A stretch of 64,000 nt of DNA from an uncultured Bacteroidales bacterium (lineage in GTDB: Bacteria; Bacteroidota; Bacteroidia; Bacteroidales; FEN-979), in contig CAIWMX010000061.1 in assembly GCA_903913885.1 (NCBI GenBank), forward strand, positions 11,891 through 75,890, written 5' to 3'. The notes below the pieces were generated by a model, which saw only the letters and a list, made by a program, of their open reading frames with translations, ran no database searches and was not told the DNA's origin. Both the position numbers and the translations under genes were made by a program. How positions within the stretch are numbered: the first letter of the stretch is position 1; each line of letters begins with the position of its first letter. This document shows, in pieces, positions 42,790 through 54,600 of this stretch.

Positions 42790-43923
42790 ATGATTAAAAG
42801 GATCAGCAGTCAACTTATTTCCGGGAGGCTGGATAAAGGAATAGCTATTTTACTCTTCGGGCCCAGGCAAACAGGAAAAACAACGCTGTTACACCAGTTA
42901 CTCGACGAAAAACATGATGTATTGTGGCTAAACGGCGATGAAACTGATGTGCAGCAGTTATTCGAAAACGCTTCTTCCACCCGACTCAAGTCGGTTTTCG
43001 GCAATAATAAGACCATCGTCCTGGATGAGGCCCAGCGAATTGCAAATGTCGGGCTTGCCATGAAACTGATCACCGATCAGATATGCGATGTTCAACTGGT
43101 AGCCACCGGATCATCTGCATTGGAGCTGGCGAACCGGACCCAGGAACCCCTGACCGGCAGGAAATGGACCTTTTTTCTTTATCCATTGTCATTTGGAGAA
43201 ATGGTCGCTCATCATGGCCTGCTGCAGGAAAAACGATTGCTGCCACAACGGCTGGTTTATGGTTGTTATCCCGAAATCATAAACAATCCGGGAAAAGAGA
43301 GAGAGATCCTCAAACAACTGACCGACAGTTTTCTTTATAAGGATATACTCATGATGGAAGGTTTGAACAAACCCTCAAAACTTATTACCCTTTTACAGGC
43401 TTTGGCTTATCAAACCGGCAACGAAGTCTCGTACAATGAGCTGGGAAGAATTACAGGTCTTGATAACCAGACCGTTGAAAAATACATTGACCTTCTGGAA
43501 AAAACCTATGTAATATTCCGCGTTGGTGCCTTATGCCGGAATCTGCGCAAAGAATTAAAACGCAGCAGAAAGATTTATTTTTATGATAACGGTATCCGGA
43601 ACGCCCTGATTGCCCAGTTTGGTTCAATTGAATTAAGGCCCGACAAGGAAGCTTTATGGGAAAATTATCTGATGGCTGAACGTCGTAAATATTTAGAATA
43701 TAATGAAATGTGGGTAAACTCCTATTTCTGGCGAACCCAGGATCAACAGGAAATCGATTATGTGGAAGAGCAGGATGGAATATTCAGTACCTGGGAGTTT
43801 AAATGGAATCCCGATGCAAGGGTCCGTTTGTCAAAAACGTTCGCTAATGCCTATCCCCATTCGGTATTTAAGGTAATAACCCCACAAAATGTTGAAGATT
43901 TTCTGATCAATTCCTCAACCTAA
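42790..43923 (+). CDS. AAA-family ATPase with DUF4143-type C-terminal domain
   Basis: 377 aa with Walker A LLFGPRQTGKTTL and Walker B TIVLDEAQR. The C-terminal region is typical of the AAA_14/DUF4143 family. Confidence 0.85.
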   Translation: MIKRISSQLISGRLDKGIAILLFGPRQTGKTTLLHQLLDEKHDVLWLNGDETDVQQLFENASSTRLKSVFGNNKTIVLDEAQRIANVGLAMKLITDQICDVQLVATGSSALELANRTQEPLTGRKWTFFLYPLSFGEMVAHHGLLQEKRLLPQRLVYGCYPEIINNPGKEREILKQLTDSFLYKDILMMEGLNKPSKLITLLQALAYQTGNEVSYNELGRITGLDNQTVEKYIDLLEKTYVIFRVGALCRNLRKELKRSRKIYFYDNGIRNALIAQFGSIELRPDKEALWENYLMAERRKYLEYNEMWVNSYFWRTQDQQEIDYVEEQDGIFSTWEFKWNPDARVRLSKTFANAYPHSVFKVITPQNVEDFLINSST

Positions 43924-43931
43924 AAAATCTT

Positions 43932-44019
43932 CACCATTTTACCATTTTACCATTTTGCCATTTTACCATTTCACCATTTTACCTTGTTACCATTTCACCT
44001 TGTCACCCTGTCACCTTTT
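43932..44019. repeat. Degenerate 8-bp microsatellite (11 units) between convergent genes
   Basis: The units are caccattt taccattt taccattt tgccattt taccattt caccattt taccttgt taccattt caccttgt caccctgt cacctttt. Confidence 0.9.
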
Positions 44020-44055
44020 CCCATGCGCGAAACAAGGGCATACCATGATACGCCC

Positions 44056-45336
44056 CTACGCCATTTCGCCCCCTCTTTCCACATACTCGCTCGGCGTCAT
44101 CCCCGTGATTCGCCGGAAGGCTTCGTTGAACGACGACTTCGACGAGAAGCCCGACAGCCGCGCAATGCCCTGGATCGAATATTTCTCATGCTGCCGGTCG
44201 TTGAGCAGGCGTTGCGCCTCCGCAATGCGGAAAGTGTTGATAAAGGTGTAGAAGTTCTTCCTGTGCGACTCGTTGATCATCTGCGACAGGTACTTCGAAT
44301 TGGTCTCCAGTTTCGCGGCCACATCGTCGATGGTGAGTTTTACTTCAAGGTAGAGTTTTTCGTTCATCAGCTTGTCGAGCTTCCGCTTCAGCACCTTCTT
44401 CTGCTGCTCCGACAGGCCTGAACCCGCGTATTTCTTCACGCGGCAGCAATCCTCGCTGTCGCAGGGTTCGATCAGCGTATTGACATCAACGACCACAGGC
44501 TCCGGGAAACCGCCTGCCGGGACGGGTTCCGGTTCTGCCGTTTCAACGGCTGCAGGAGGAGATTCTTCCGCGATACCGGCTCCGGCCACCCGGTGGGGGT
44601 AGATATCCTGCTGGACAATGGCAAAAACCGAGAAAACCAGGATGATCAGAAGCTCTGCAACATGGATCAGGTTGTGGAACAGGTTGGCCTGGTTGAGCCC
44701 GGCGATACGGCTGATCCCAAGCAGTATGAGGAATAAGAGGAACAATATCAACAGGGTGAAAACCCAGCTCAGGCTGATGGTGCTGGTATCGGAGAAGGCG
44801 CGTTCGATGTTGTCGTTATGGCGTTTAAAAAGGCTGGCAACCCTTGAGGAGTAGATCACGATCTGAAGGCTGAAATAGCCGTACACGCAAAGGTTATAAA
44901 CGGAATGAATCCTGCCGGGCCACGATTGAAGGTCAATCCCCGGCGACGGAGCGTTAAACGACGACCGGTAAGCATCGGGCAGCAGGTATAACGGCACCGA
45001 TACCAGCAGGAGGAGCAGGGCCGGCAGAAGATGAATCAGTTCCCGGCGGCGAAAACGGTAACCGGGGATGATGAGCGATTTAAGGTAGAAGTAAAAGAGG
45101 GGAAAGAGCGACAGCAGCAGGGTGATGCCCAACGGGCAGATATAGCTGAAAACCTGGTACACCCCCTGGAATCCGACGGCTTTGGAGAGCGAATACAACG
45201 CGGTAAGCACCAGGAACCACCCCAGGAATTTCTTCGAATAGTGATCGTACCTGTAAAACTGGACAAAGGCGAGGATGGCAAACAGCGTCGCCTGATATGC
45301 CTGCAGCATGGTGATCGCGTTGTTCAACTCATCCAT
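44056..45336 (-). CDS. Membrane-anchored AraC-family transcriptional regulator
   Basis: 426 aa. The N-terminal half has about 6-7 hydrophobic helices. The C-terminal AraC HTH is LSQMINESHRKNFYTFINTFRIAEAQRLL..IQGIARLSGFSSKSSFNEAFRRITGMTPSEY. Confidence 0.9.
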   Translation of the reverse strand: MDELNNAITMLQAYQATLFAILAFVQFYRYDHYSKKFLGWFLVLTALYSLSKAVGFQGVYQVFSYICPLGITLLLSLFPLFYFYLKSLIIPGYRFRRRELIHLLPALLLLLVSVPLYLLPDAYRSSFNAPSPGIDLQSWPGRIHSVYNLCVYGYFSLQIVIYSSRVASLFKRHNDNIERAFSDTSTISLSWVFTLLILFLLFLILLGISRIAGLNQANLFHNLIHVAELLIILVFSVFAIVQQDIYPHRVAGAGIAEESPPAAVETAEPEPVPAGGFPEPVVVDVNTLIEPCDSEDCCRVKKYAGSGLSEQQKKVLKRKLDKLMNEKLYLEVKLTIDDVAAKLETNSKYLSQMINESHRKNFYTFINTFRIAEAQRLLNDRQHEKYSIQGIARLSGFSSKSSFNEAFRRITGMTPSEYVERGGEMA

Positions 45337-45653
45337 TTTGTAAATTTTTTTTCCATGCCAAAGCCTATTTCTGCGGCATATACCCTGAAAACGAGGCCAA
45401 ATCCTCTCCCAAAAATAGGAAAAAACAATGAATAATCAATAAAACCCTTCATTTTTGTTACTATTCCGGCATAATATATTAACTTTATATTACTGATCCT
45501 TGGTGACTTGTGATCATATTTTGTCCGGATTCCTGAATCCGGACATACGGCAACGCCTGCACGTTAAATGAAAATCGGATTTTATATACCTTGCAAAAAA
45601 TTATCTTTCCCTCATTCCGGGAATGACCACGGAAATCCTAAACCAAAAATCAT

Positions 45654-48600
45654 ATGAAAAAACTGTTACCTTTTGTAAGCGTGATGTTTCTGTTTGCTGC
45701 AACATCATTTGCACAAGTCACTGTAAGCGGCGCCGTCGGAGGCAATGGAACCTATGGCACGCTCAGCGTTGCCGGGGGTGCCTTCGCAGCCATCAACGGC
45801 ACCGTTCAGACTGGCGCCAACATTGTTATCACCATTACGAGCAATGTTACGACCGAAACCGGTGCCATTGCCCTGAGTTCAGGCACCTGGGCTTCGCTGA
45901 CCATCAATCCTTCGGGTGGCTTGGCCAGGACAGTTTCGGGCACCGCCACAACCCCCCTGATCAAACTGAACGGAGCTTCCAATGTCACCATCGACGGGCT
46001 CAATACAGGCGGCAACTCGCTGACCATCACCAACCAGAGCACGAGCGCCACGGCCGGTGCCAGCACCATTGCCTTCCTGGCCGATGCATCAAACGACGTG
46101 GTGAAGAACTGCACCATCCTTGGTTCCACCACCGGCGCCCCGGGCGCCACTTCCGCCACGGCGACCATCCTCGTGGGTGCCGGAACCACCTCCGGGTGTG
46201 ACAACATCCAGATCCTGAACAACAACATCGGGCCTTACAGCACCAGCTACCCCACCATAGCCATCGGCTCCTGGGGTTTGTCGGGGTCGGCCTCGAATGA
46301 CAACGCAACGGTTACCGGGAACAATATCTACGATTATTTCGCCACAACAGGCGCTACCGGCGTGAATGTCGGGTCGAACAGTTCTGGCTGGAATATCAGC
46401 AGCAACAAATTTTACCAGACTGTTTCCAGGTCCACGCTTACAGCCGGAAGCTACCTGAAAGCCATTTATGTCAACACCTCAGCCGGCAGCGGGTACGCGA
46501 TCAACAGCAATATCATCGGGTATGCCACTTCCTCCCAAACGGGCATGCTGACCAACAGCGGCGGGAGGTTTACCGGGATCGAGCTGGCCGCGGTTGCCGC
46601 AAGCCCGATTTCCAACATCCAGGGAAACACCATCAACGGAATCACCTGGACTACCTCCACCAGCGCCTCTACCCTTGGAACAGCCACCTTTAACGGCATC
46701 ATCGTCTCGGCCGGCGGGGTCAACATCGGTACATCGAGCGCCAACATCATCGGGGCCACCTCCGGAACTGGCAGTTCAAGCTCAAACATCTATGTAACAA
46801 CAACGTCGAGTGGTTCCGGGATCTACCCGATCTATGTCACCTCATCAACCACCTGTTCCATTTCAGGGAACACCATTGGTGCCATCGCCACAGGCGGCGC
46901 AGCAGCCATGGGTTATTCCTTTTATGGCATCGCCATTGCAGGCTCGGGCAGCCATACGGTCAACAACAACACGATCGGAAACGCCACGGCCAACAGCATT
47001 GCCATCGGCACCAGCGGCACCACCACGGCTCAAACTAATATCATCGCCATTTACAGCACGGCCACCGGAACCACTGTTTCGATCGGTAACACGACCGGCA
47101 CCGGCAACCTAATCCAGAATAACAGCTCATTCGGCAGCAGCACCAGTTCCCAGTTCTATGGCATTGATGCCACCGGCGCCGTGGGGACTCTCAACATGAA
47201 CTACAACACCTTTACCGCCAACACCCTGGCGGGCGGCGGATTAACTGCCGGTACCATTTATTATACAAACCTGATCAATGGCGGGGCAGTAACTTCCGCG
47301 ATCAACATCAACAACAACACGATCAATTCCGGAACGATTTCCATTGCTACCTATGGCGGAAGCGCCGGGTTTATCTACAATCTTGCAGGCGCCTCCACGG
47401 CAACCCTCAGCATCAGCAACAACAATATGGGCGGGTTGAGTTACACAGGAGCTACAGGAGGTACCGGCACTTTTACAGGCATCAACGAGCAAACCGGGAC
47501 CCCGGTGACTGAGGTCATCAGTGGCAACAATTTTAACAATCTCAGCATTAAAACGTCGGGATCCATTTACCTGATCTATAACAGTTATGTTGCTCCTGCC
47601 AGCGGCACCAAGACCATCCAAAACAACAGCGTGGTGACCGGCTTCAGCCGTACTGCAACGGCGGCAGGATCTTTTTACTGCTACTACGATGGTTCTGCTT
47701 CTCCTTCCACGGTCACAGAAACAATTTCCGGGAATACTTTCTCAAACCTGACAACAAATACTTCAGGCAGTTACAGCTTTTACGGGATTTACTGCACCTC
47801 AACCAATAATCCAAACCGGAGCGTATATAACAACACCATCAGCACCGTTACCTTCAACGGAAACACCAGTGTTTATGGCATTTATTTAAATGGACTGGGC
47901 GGTACGTCCGGCACACCGAATGCCGTTTATGGCAACACCTTCTCAGGTTTAACCTGCAGCGGTACGGCCAGTATCTACGGGCTCTACATCGGTGCAACAA
48001 ACCTGTACGTAAACGCTTACAACAACACGATCCAGACCTTCACGCTGTCGGGAGCCTCCACGGTTTACGGGATTTACGGATCGGGATCAACCAACGCGGT
48101 CAATTTCTACAACAACACGGTAACCGGCATCTCCAACAGTGCGGCAGGAACCATTTATGGTATATATAATGTCGGTGGAACCCTGATGAACTATTACCAA
48201 AATTACATCAATAGCCTGTCAAGTGCGGGAAATGTTCATGGGGTGTTTGTTTCAAGTGGTACCGCCGTCAATATTTACCAACAGCAGCTTTCCGGAGGGA
48301 ACAACTACAGCATTTACGGTATTACCTCAAGCGGTGCAGCTACGGTTGCCAACGGGATTACCGTTAACGGCGGAACCTCCGTCTATTTATATAAAAACAA
48401 CATCTACAACATCAGCAACACCAGCGCCGGCAGCACCGTGCCTCTGGTGAACGGGATGCTCTTCTCGGCCGGTACAAACGTTAAGGCCTACAACAACATC
48501 ATCGGTAATCTCACGGCATCCAGTTCCACTTACTCGGACGCCATCCGGGGAATCAGCGTCACATCGACCACGACCTCCGCGAACTACAACATTTATTACA

Positions 48601-51600
48601 ACACGGTATACCTGTCGGGCACAGGCGCTGCGGGATTCGGCACGACAGGCCTCTTCCATGCCGCCAGTTCAACGGCTACCACGGCCGCGCTTGACCTGCG
48701 CGACAACATCATCGTGAACGGCTGTACCCCGGGAACCGGGGGAACGGTGGTGGCCTACCGGAGAAGCGCCGGAACCGCCACCATGCTGGCCAACTATGCC
48801 AGCACCTCCAACAACAACCTGTTCTACGCTGGTACACCGGGCGCCAACAACCTGATCTATTCCGACGGAACGAGCACGGCACAAACCATTTCGGCCTACA
48901 AGAACGGGGCTTTTACGGCCGGCACCATCGCGCCGCGCGATGCCGTATCGGTTAGTGAAAATCCCACATGGGTGAGCACCAACGGCTCCGACGCGACCTA
49001 CCTTCATATTAACACCACCACGCCCACCCAGATCGAAAGTGCCGGGGCGCCAGTTTCGGGAATTACCGACGACTTTGACGGGGATACGCGCAACGGCTCC
49101 ACCCCCGATATCGGCGCCGATGAATTCGCGGGAATCGGCGTTGACCTTACCCCCCCATCCATTACCTACACCACGATCACTAACAACTGCACCTTCACCG
49201 ATCGCACCCTTGCAGGTGTTACGATATCCGATGCCACCGGCGTGCCGACCACCGGCAGCCTGGTACCCAGGATCTATTACAAGAAAAACTCAAATCCGTG
49301 GGTTTCACAGCCGGGAACCCTTACCGCGGGCAACGGGATAAGCGGCACCTGGAGTTTTACCATCTTGGCAGCCGATATGGGCGGCCTGGCATCCAATGAC
49401 GTGATCTCCTACTACGTGATTGCCCAGGATGTGGCACCGACGAACAATATCACCTCTAACCCGGCAGCGGGACTGGTGGCTACCGATGTCAATACCGTTT
49501 CAACCCCTCCCACCACGCCTAACACCACACAGGTACTTCCTACGATGTCGGGCACCATCCTGGTGGGAACGGGTAATTATTACACCACCCTTACCGCTGC
49601 CATCAATGCCTACAACACGGCATGCCTGTCGGGCGCTGTCACCTTCAGCCTGACCGATGCCAGCTACGGCGCTTCCGAAACATTTCCCATCACCATCCTC
49701 GCGAACCCGCAGGCCAGCGTAACAAACACCCTGACCATCAGCCCGGCCAGCGGCACGGGCGTGACCCTCACGGGTTCTTCAGGCACTCCCCTGGTTGATT
49801 TCAACGGGGCCGACTATGTAACCATCGACGGGGTGAACAGCGGCGGCAGCTCGCTTACGATTTCCAATACCAGCACCGCGGCCACGGCCAACACGTGCAC
49901 AATCCGCTATATAGCCGATGCCACCAACAACACCGTCACCAACTGTTCCGTCCTGGGTTCGTCTACCATGGCCCTGGGAACCAATGGCGGCAATATCCTT
50001 TTCAGCACCGGGACCACCACGGGCAATGACAACAACACCATTTCCTACTGCAAGATCGGTCCTGCCGGATCCAATCTCCCCTCCATGGGCATTTGTGCAA
50101 ACGGGAGTACCGGTTCGTCAGCCCTGGCAAATAGCACCATCAATATCACCAACTGTGAAATTTACGACTTTTTCCTCACCGGCGGCTGTGCCGGCATATA
50201 TGCCCTGACCGGCAATACCGCTTGGACCATCCAGAACAACAAGATCTACGAGTCGGCCTCGCGCACCTTTACCGGCACAGGAACCCTGAACGGCATCTAT
50301 TTTGCCAACGCCACTTACGGGGATAACATCCAGATCACCGGAAACACGATCGGGTATGCCAGTAATTCGGGAACCGGAACCTTTACCCTCCTGGGCAGCG
50401 GGGTTGCTGGATCATTCCAGGGAATTTACCTGTCGGCGCTGTCAACGGCTGCCACCACATGCAATGTCAACAACAACATCATCTCCGATATTTCACTTAC
50501 CTCCGCTTCGGGAACATTCTACGGGATCTACAACGCTACCGCGGCCTCCTCGAACACTATCAATATCAATTCGAACCAGGTTAAAAATATCGCTGTACTA
50601 ACCTCTACGAGTACGGTTGTCGGAATTTATACAGGCGCCGCGACAACCCTGAACTGCAACTCCAATACCCTGGATAACATTTCGCGGAATACGGGTGGTG
50701 CTTTTTACGGGATTCAATATGCAAGCCCGACCACGGTTACTTTCAATGGGAATACCATTAAAAACCTGTCTTCCACCAGTATCTCGTCCACTTCAAATTT
50801 TTACGCCCTCTATTCAGGCAGCTCTCCGGTCACTGAAAACATCATCGGCAACAATATTTTCAACATCTCCTCGAGTTCCACCGGGGCCCAGAGTATCTAC
50901 GGATGGTACAACAACACGGTAGCGGGAACGAAAACCATACAGAACAACAACATTTACAGCATTTCGGCAGCAGGCGGGGCCACCATTACCGGTATCAAAC
51001 TGGCTTTGGGCACCACGGTCGAGATCAGCGGAAATTCGGTATACACCCTCAGCGGCGGACTGAACGTTTACGGGATCAACATCGGGGCCGGCACAACCAC
51101 CAATGTATTCAGGAACAAGGTGTACGACCTCTCATCGGCCAATGCCAACGCCACTGTTTACGGTCTTTATATTTCAGCCGGAACGACCATCAACCTTTAC
51201 AACAACATTGTAGGCGACCTCCGCGCCACGGCCGCCGCTGCTACCATTCCCGTGGTCGGGATCTATGCCTCCTCGGGAACAACCGTCAATATCTATTACA
51301 ACACGGTCAACCTGAACGCGAGCAGTTCGGCATCTCCCTTTGGCAGCGCCGCCCTGTATGCCTCCACGACGCCCACGGTGAATCTGCGCAACAACATCCT
51401 GGTCAACACCTCAACACCGGCAGGGGCAACCGGGTTCACGGCAGCATACCGCAGGTCGGGCACCACGCTCACCACCTATGCCAGCACCTCCAACAACAAC
51501 CTCTTTTATGCCGGAACCCCGGGTACCTACAACCTGATCATGTACGACGGTACAACTTCTTACCAGACCCTGGCCGCTTATAAGGCGGCCGTCGCTTCCC

Positions 51601-54600
51601 GCGATTCGTATTCGGTTACTGAAAACCCGACCTGGGCCAGCACTAACGGATCCGATCCAACCTACCTGCATATCAACACAACAACCCCGACGCAGATTGA
51701 GAGCGGCGCAGCACCCATCGACCCTTATACCACCGACTTTGACGGGGATACCAGGAATGTGACTACGCCGGATATCGGTGCGGACGAATTCAACGGGGTC
51801 ATGCTTGACATGACCGCTCCCGTTATCACTTACACGACGCTTTCCAACTCATGCGGCGGGGTCGACCGCACCCTGGCAGGCGTAACTATTTCCGATGCAT
51901 CAGGGGTTCCGACAACGGGATCGCTAGTTCCCCGGATTTACTACCGGAAAGCTTCCGGCACCTGGTATTCACAACCGGGAACGCTGACCGCAGGCGGATC
52001 AACCAGCGGAACCTGGAGTTTCCAGATCGTTGCTGCCGATATGGGCGGCCTGGCCACAAACGACGTGGTTTCCTACTATGTGATCGCACAGGATATCGCA
52101 TCCCCGGCTAATATTGGCTCGAATCCTTCGGCCGGCCTCGTTGCCACGGATGTCAACACCGTTGCAACAGCGCCTACTTCGCCGAACACCTACACGGTGA
52201 TCAGTAGTTTAACCGGCACTTATACAGTGGGGACATCAGGTAATTATACCACGCTCACATTAGCCGTGGCAGCCTACAACGCTTCATGCATCAACGGGCC
52301 GGTCATTTTCAGCCTGACCGATGCAACCTATTCTGCCAGCGAAACTTTCCCGATCACCATCAATGCCAACGCCACGGCAAGCGGAACCAACACGCTGACC
52401 ATCAAACCGGCTGCCAGCAACAATGTTGCCATCACCGGTTTATCCACCACGGCACTGATCCTTCTCAACGGGGCTGATTATGTTACCATAGACGGGTCGA
52501 ACGGATCAACGGCAAACGTGGTATGCCCGGCATCTGCCGCAACACGCAACCTGACCCTGACGAATTCGGGTTCAGGTACCTCCAGCGCGGTCATCTGGAT
52601 GCAAACGGCCACAGCCGACGGCGCCACAAATAATGTTGTAAAGAACTGCAACCTTGCAGGCAGCGGCAATACGCAGACATTGTTCGGAGTAGGTTCCGGT
52701 TCAAGTACGATCGGCACCTCAAGCCTGGGAACAGGGAACAACAACAATTCCTTCATTAATAACAACATCAGTAAAACCCAGTATGGTATTTATTCCCAGG
52801 GCGCCAGCGCGGGGAGCAAGAATTCGGGGACGACCATCAACCAGAACCTGATCAATACGGCATCACCCAACAACGTTGCAAAAGGAGGAATACAGGTTGG
52901 ATTTGAAAACAACATCACTATTTCAGGAAATTCCATTTCCGGCATGACCCAGTCAAGTTCTCCTGACGTGTTCGGGATTGCGGCCGGTCTAACCGCATTG
53001 AGCAATACAACTTTCAGCGGCAATGAGGTAACCAACGCCACCATCAGCAACAACGTTATCGGCGTTGTGACAAACACGGGCACCTTCTCGGCCGGCGGTA
53101 TTACCCTGGCCACTGCAACTTCAGGCACCACGACGATCTCCAACAACATGATCAGTGGCGTCGGCGCCAACGGGACCTCCGGGGACTTCGCGGCCGGTAT
53201 TATACTGGGAGGTGGAACCGGCTCTACCACCAATATTTTCTTCAACACGGTAACCATGAGCACGATCCTGACAGGCGGAAATCAGAACACCTTTGCCCTC
53301 GCGGTCGGAGGTACAACCCCTACTGTCAATATTAAAAACAACATCCTGACTGCCACGGGAAGCAACGGCACGGGTATCAATTATGCCATCGGTCTTGCCT
53401 ATTCCAGCACCACCGGGAACTATGTGGGGCTGACCTCCGACAATAACGACCTCTTTGCGAGCGGAACCAGCGCGGGAGTCGGGGAAACCGGTCTTCTCCA
53501 GGCTGGTACCGCCAGGACGACGCTGGCCAACTGGACCACCGAAACTGGACGTGACGGCGCATCAAAGAACGCCAACCCCACCTTTCTCAGCGCTACCGAC
53601 CTGCACATTGATGTTTCCGTTCTTAGCAATGGCACCTACTTCAACGGTACGGCAGCTCCGGGTACAGGGGTCACCGTTGATATTGACTGCGACACGAGGG
53701 ATTCATCAACACCTGATATCGGTGCGGATGAATTTTCAACCACTACCTGCGCCGGAGCCGTGGGCGGTACTGCCAGCGGAACTACTTCGTTTTGCAACTC
53801 GGGAACTCCCACCATCACGGCAACTGGATACTCGATAGGGATCGGAAGCGCTTACCAGTGGCAATATTCCAACGACAACTTTGCAACCGATATTCATGAT
53901 TTCGCGGGACAAACAAACCCTGCCGCCCTTACCACCGGTGCTGTAACTGCCACAACCAATTACCGTTTAAAAGTAACCTGTACTTCAGGACAGGCAACCG
54001 ACTATTCAACACCGGTTATTACGGTCACCATCAAACCTACACCTACCGCTTCCGCTTCCGGAAATACGCCCATTTGTGCCGGTGGAACGCTCAACCTCAC
54101 CTGCACCACCAACATTGCCAATACGTTCAGCTGGTCGGGACCAAACGGGTATAACAACACCACCCAGAATCCGAGCCTGACGCCGGTAACTGTGCTGGCA
54201 TCGGGAGTCTATACGGTGACGGCAACACTCAACGGCTGTTCCGTAACTGCCTCCACACCAACAATAACGGTTAATGCGCAGCCTACGGCCGTTACCATTA
54301 CCCCGGCCTCCGCCACCATACCGGCAGGTACGATCCAGTCGCTGGCAGCCACCGGGGGCACAAGCAGCGGCGACTTCACGTTCGGCACCGGCGGGTCATC
54401 AACCACGGGTTCGAGTACAACAAGTCCCCTTGGACCAAATCCAATGCAGAATTATTATGGCGGGACCAAGCAGCAGTGTCTTTACACGGCGGCAGAGTTA
54501 ACGTTAGCAGGCATGTCTGCAGGCACGATTTCAGCGATCAAGGTCAACATGGCTGTTGCAGATAATACCTATTCGCTGCTGAGTTTCACCGTGAAGATGG

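Noticed and set aside
43955-44421. 98-aa and 145-aa plus-strand ORFs
   Set aside because: They begin in the 8-bp microsatellite and continue antisense to the AraC-family gene, whose HTH motif is unambiguous.
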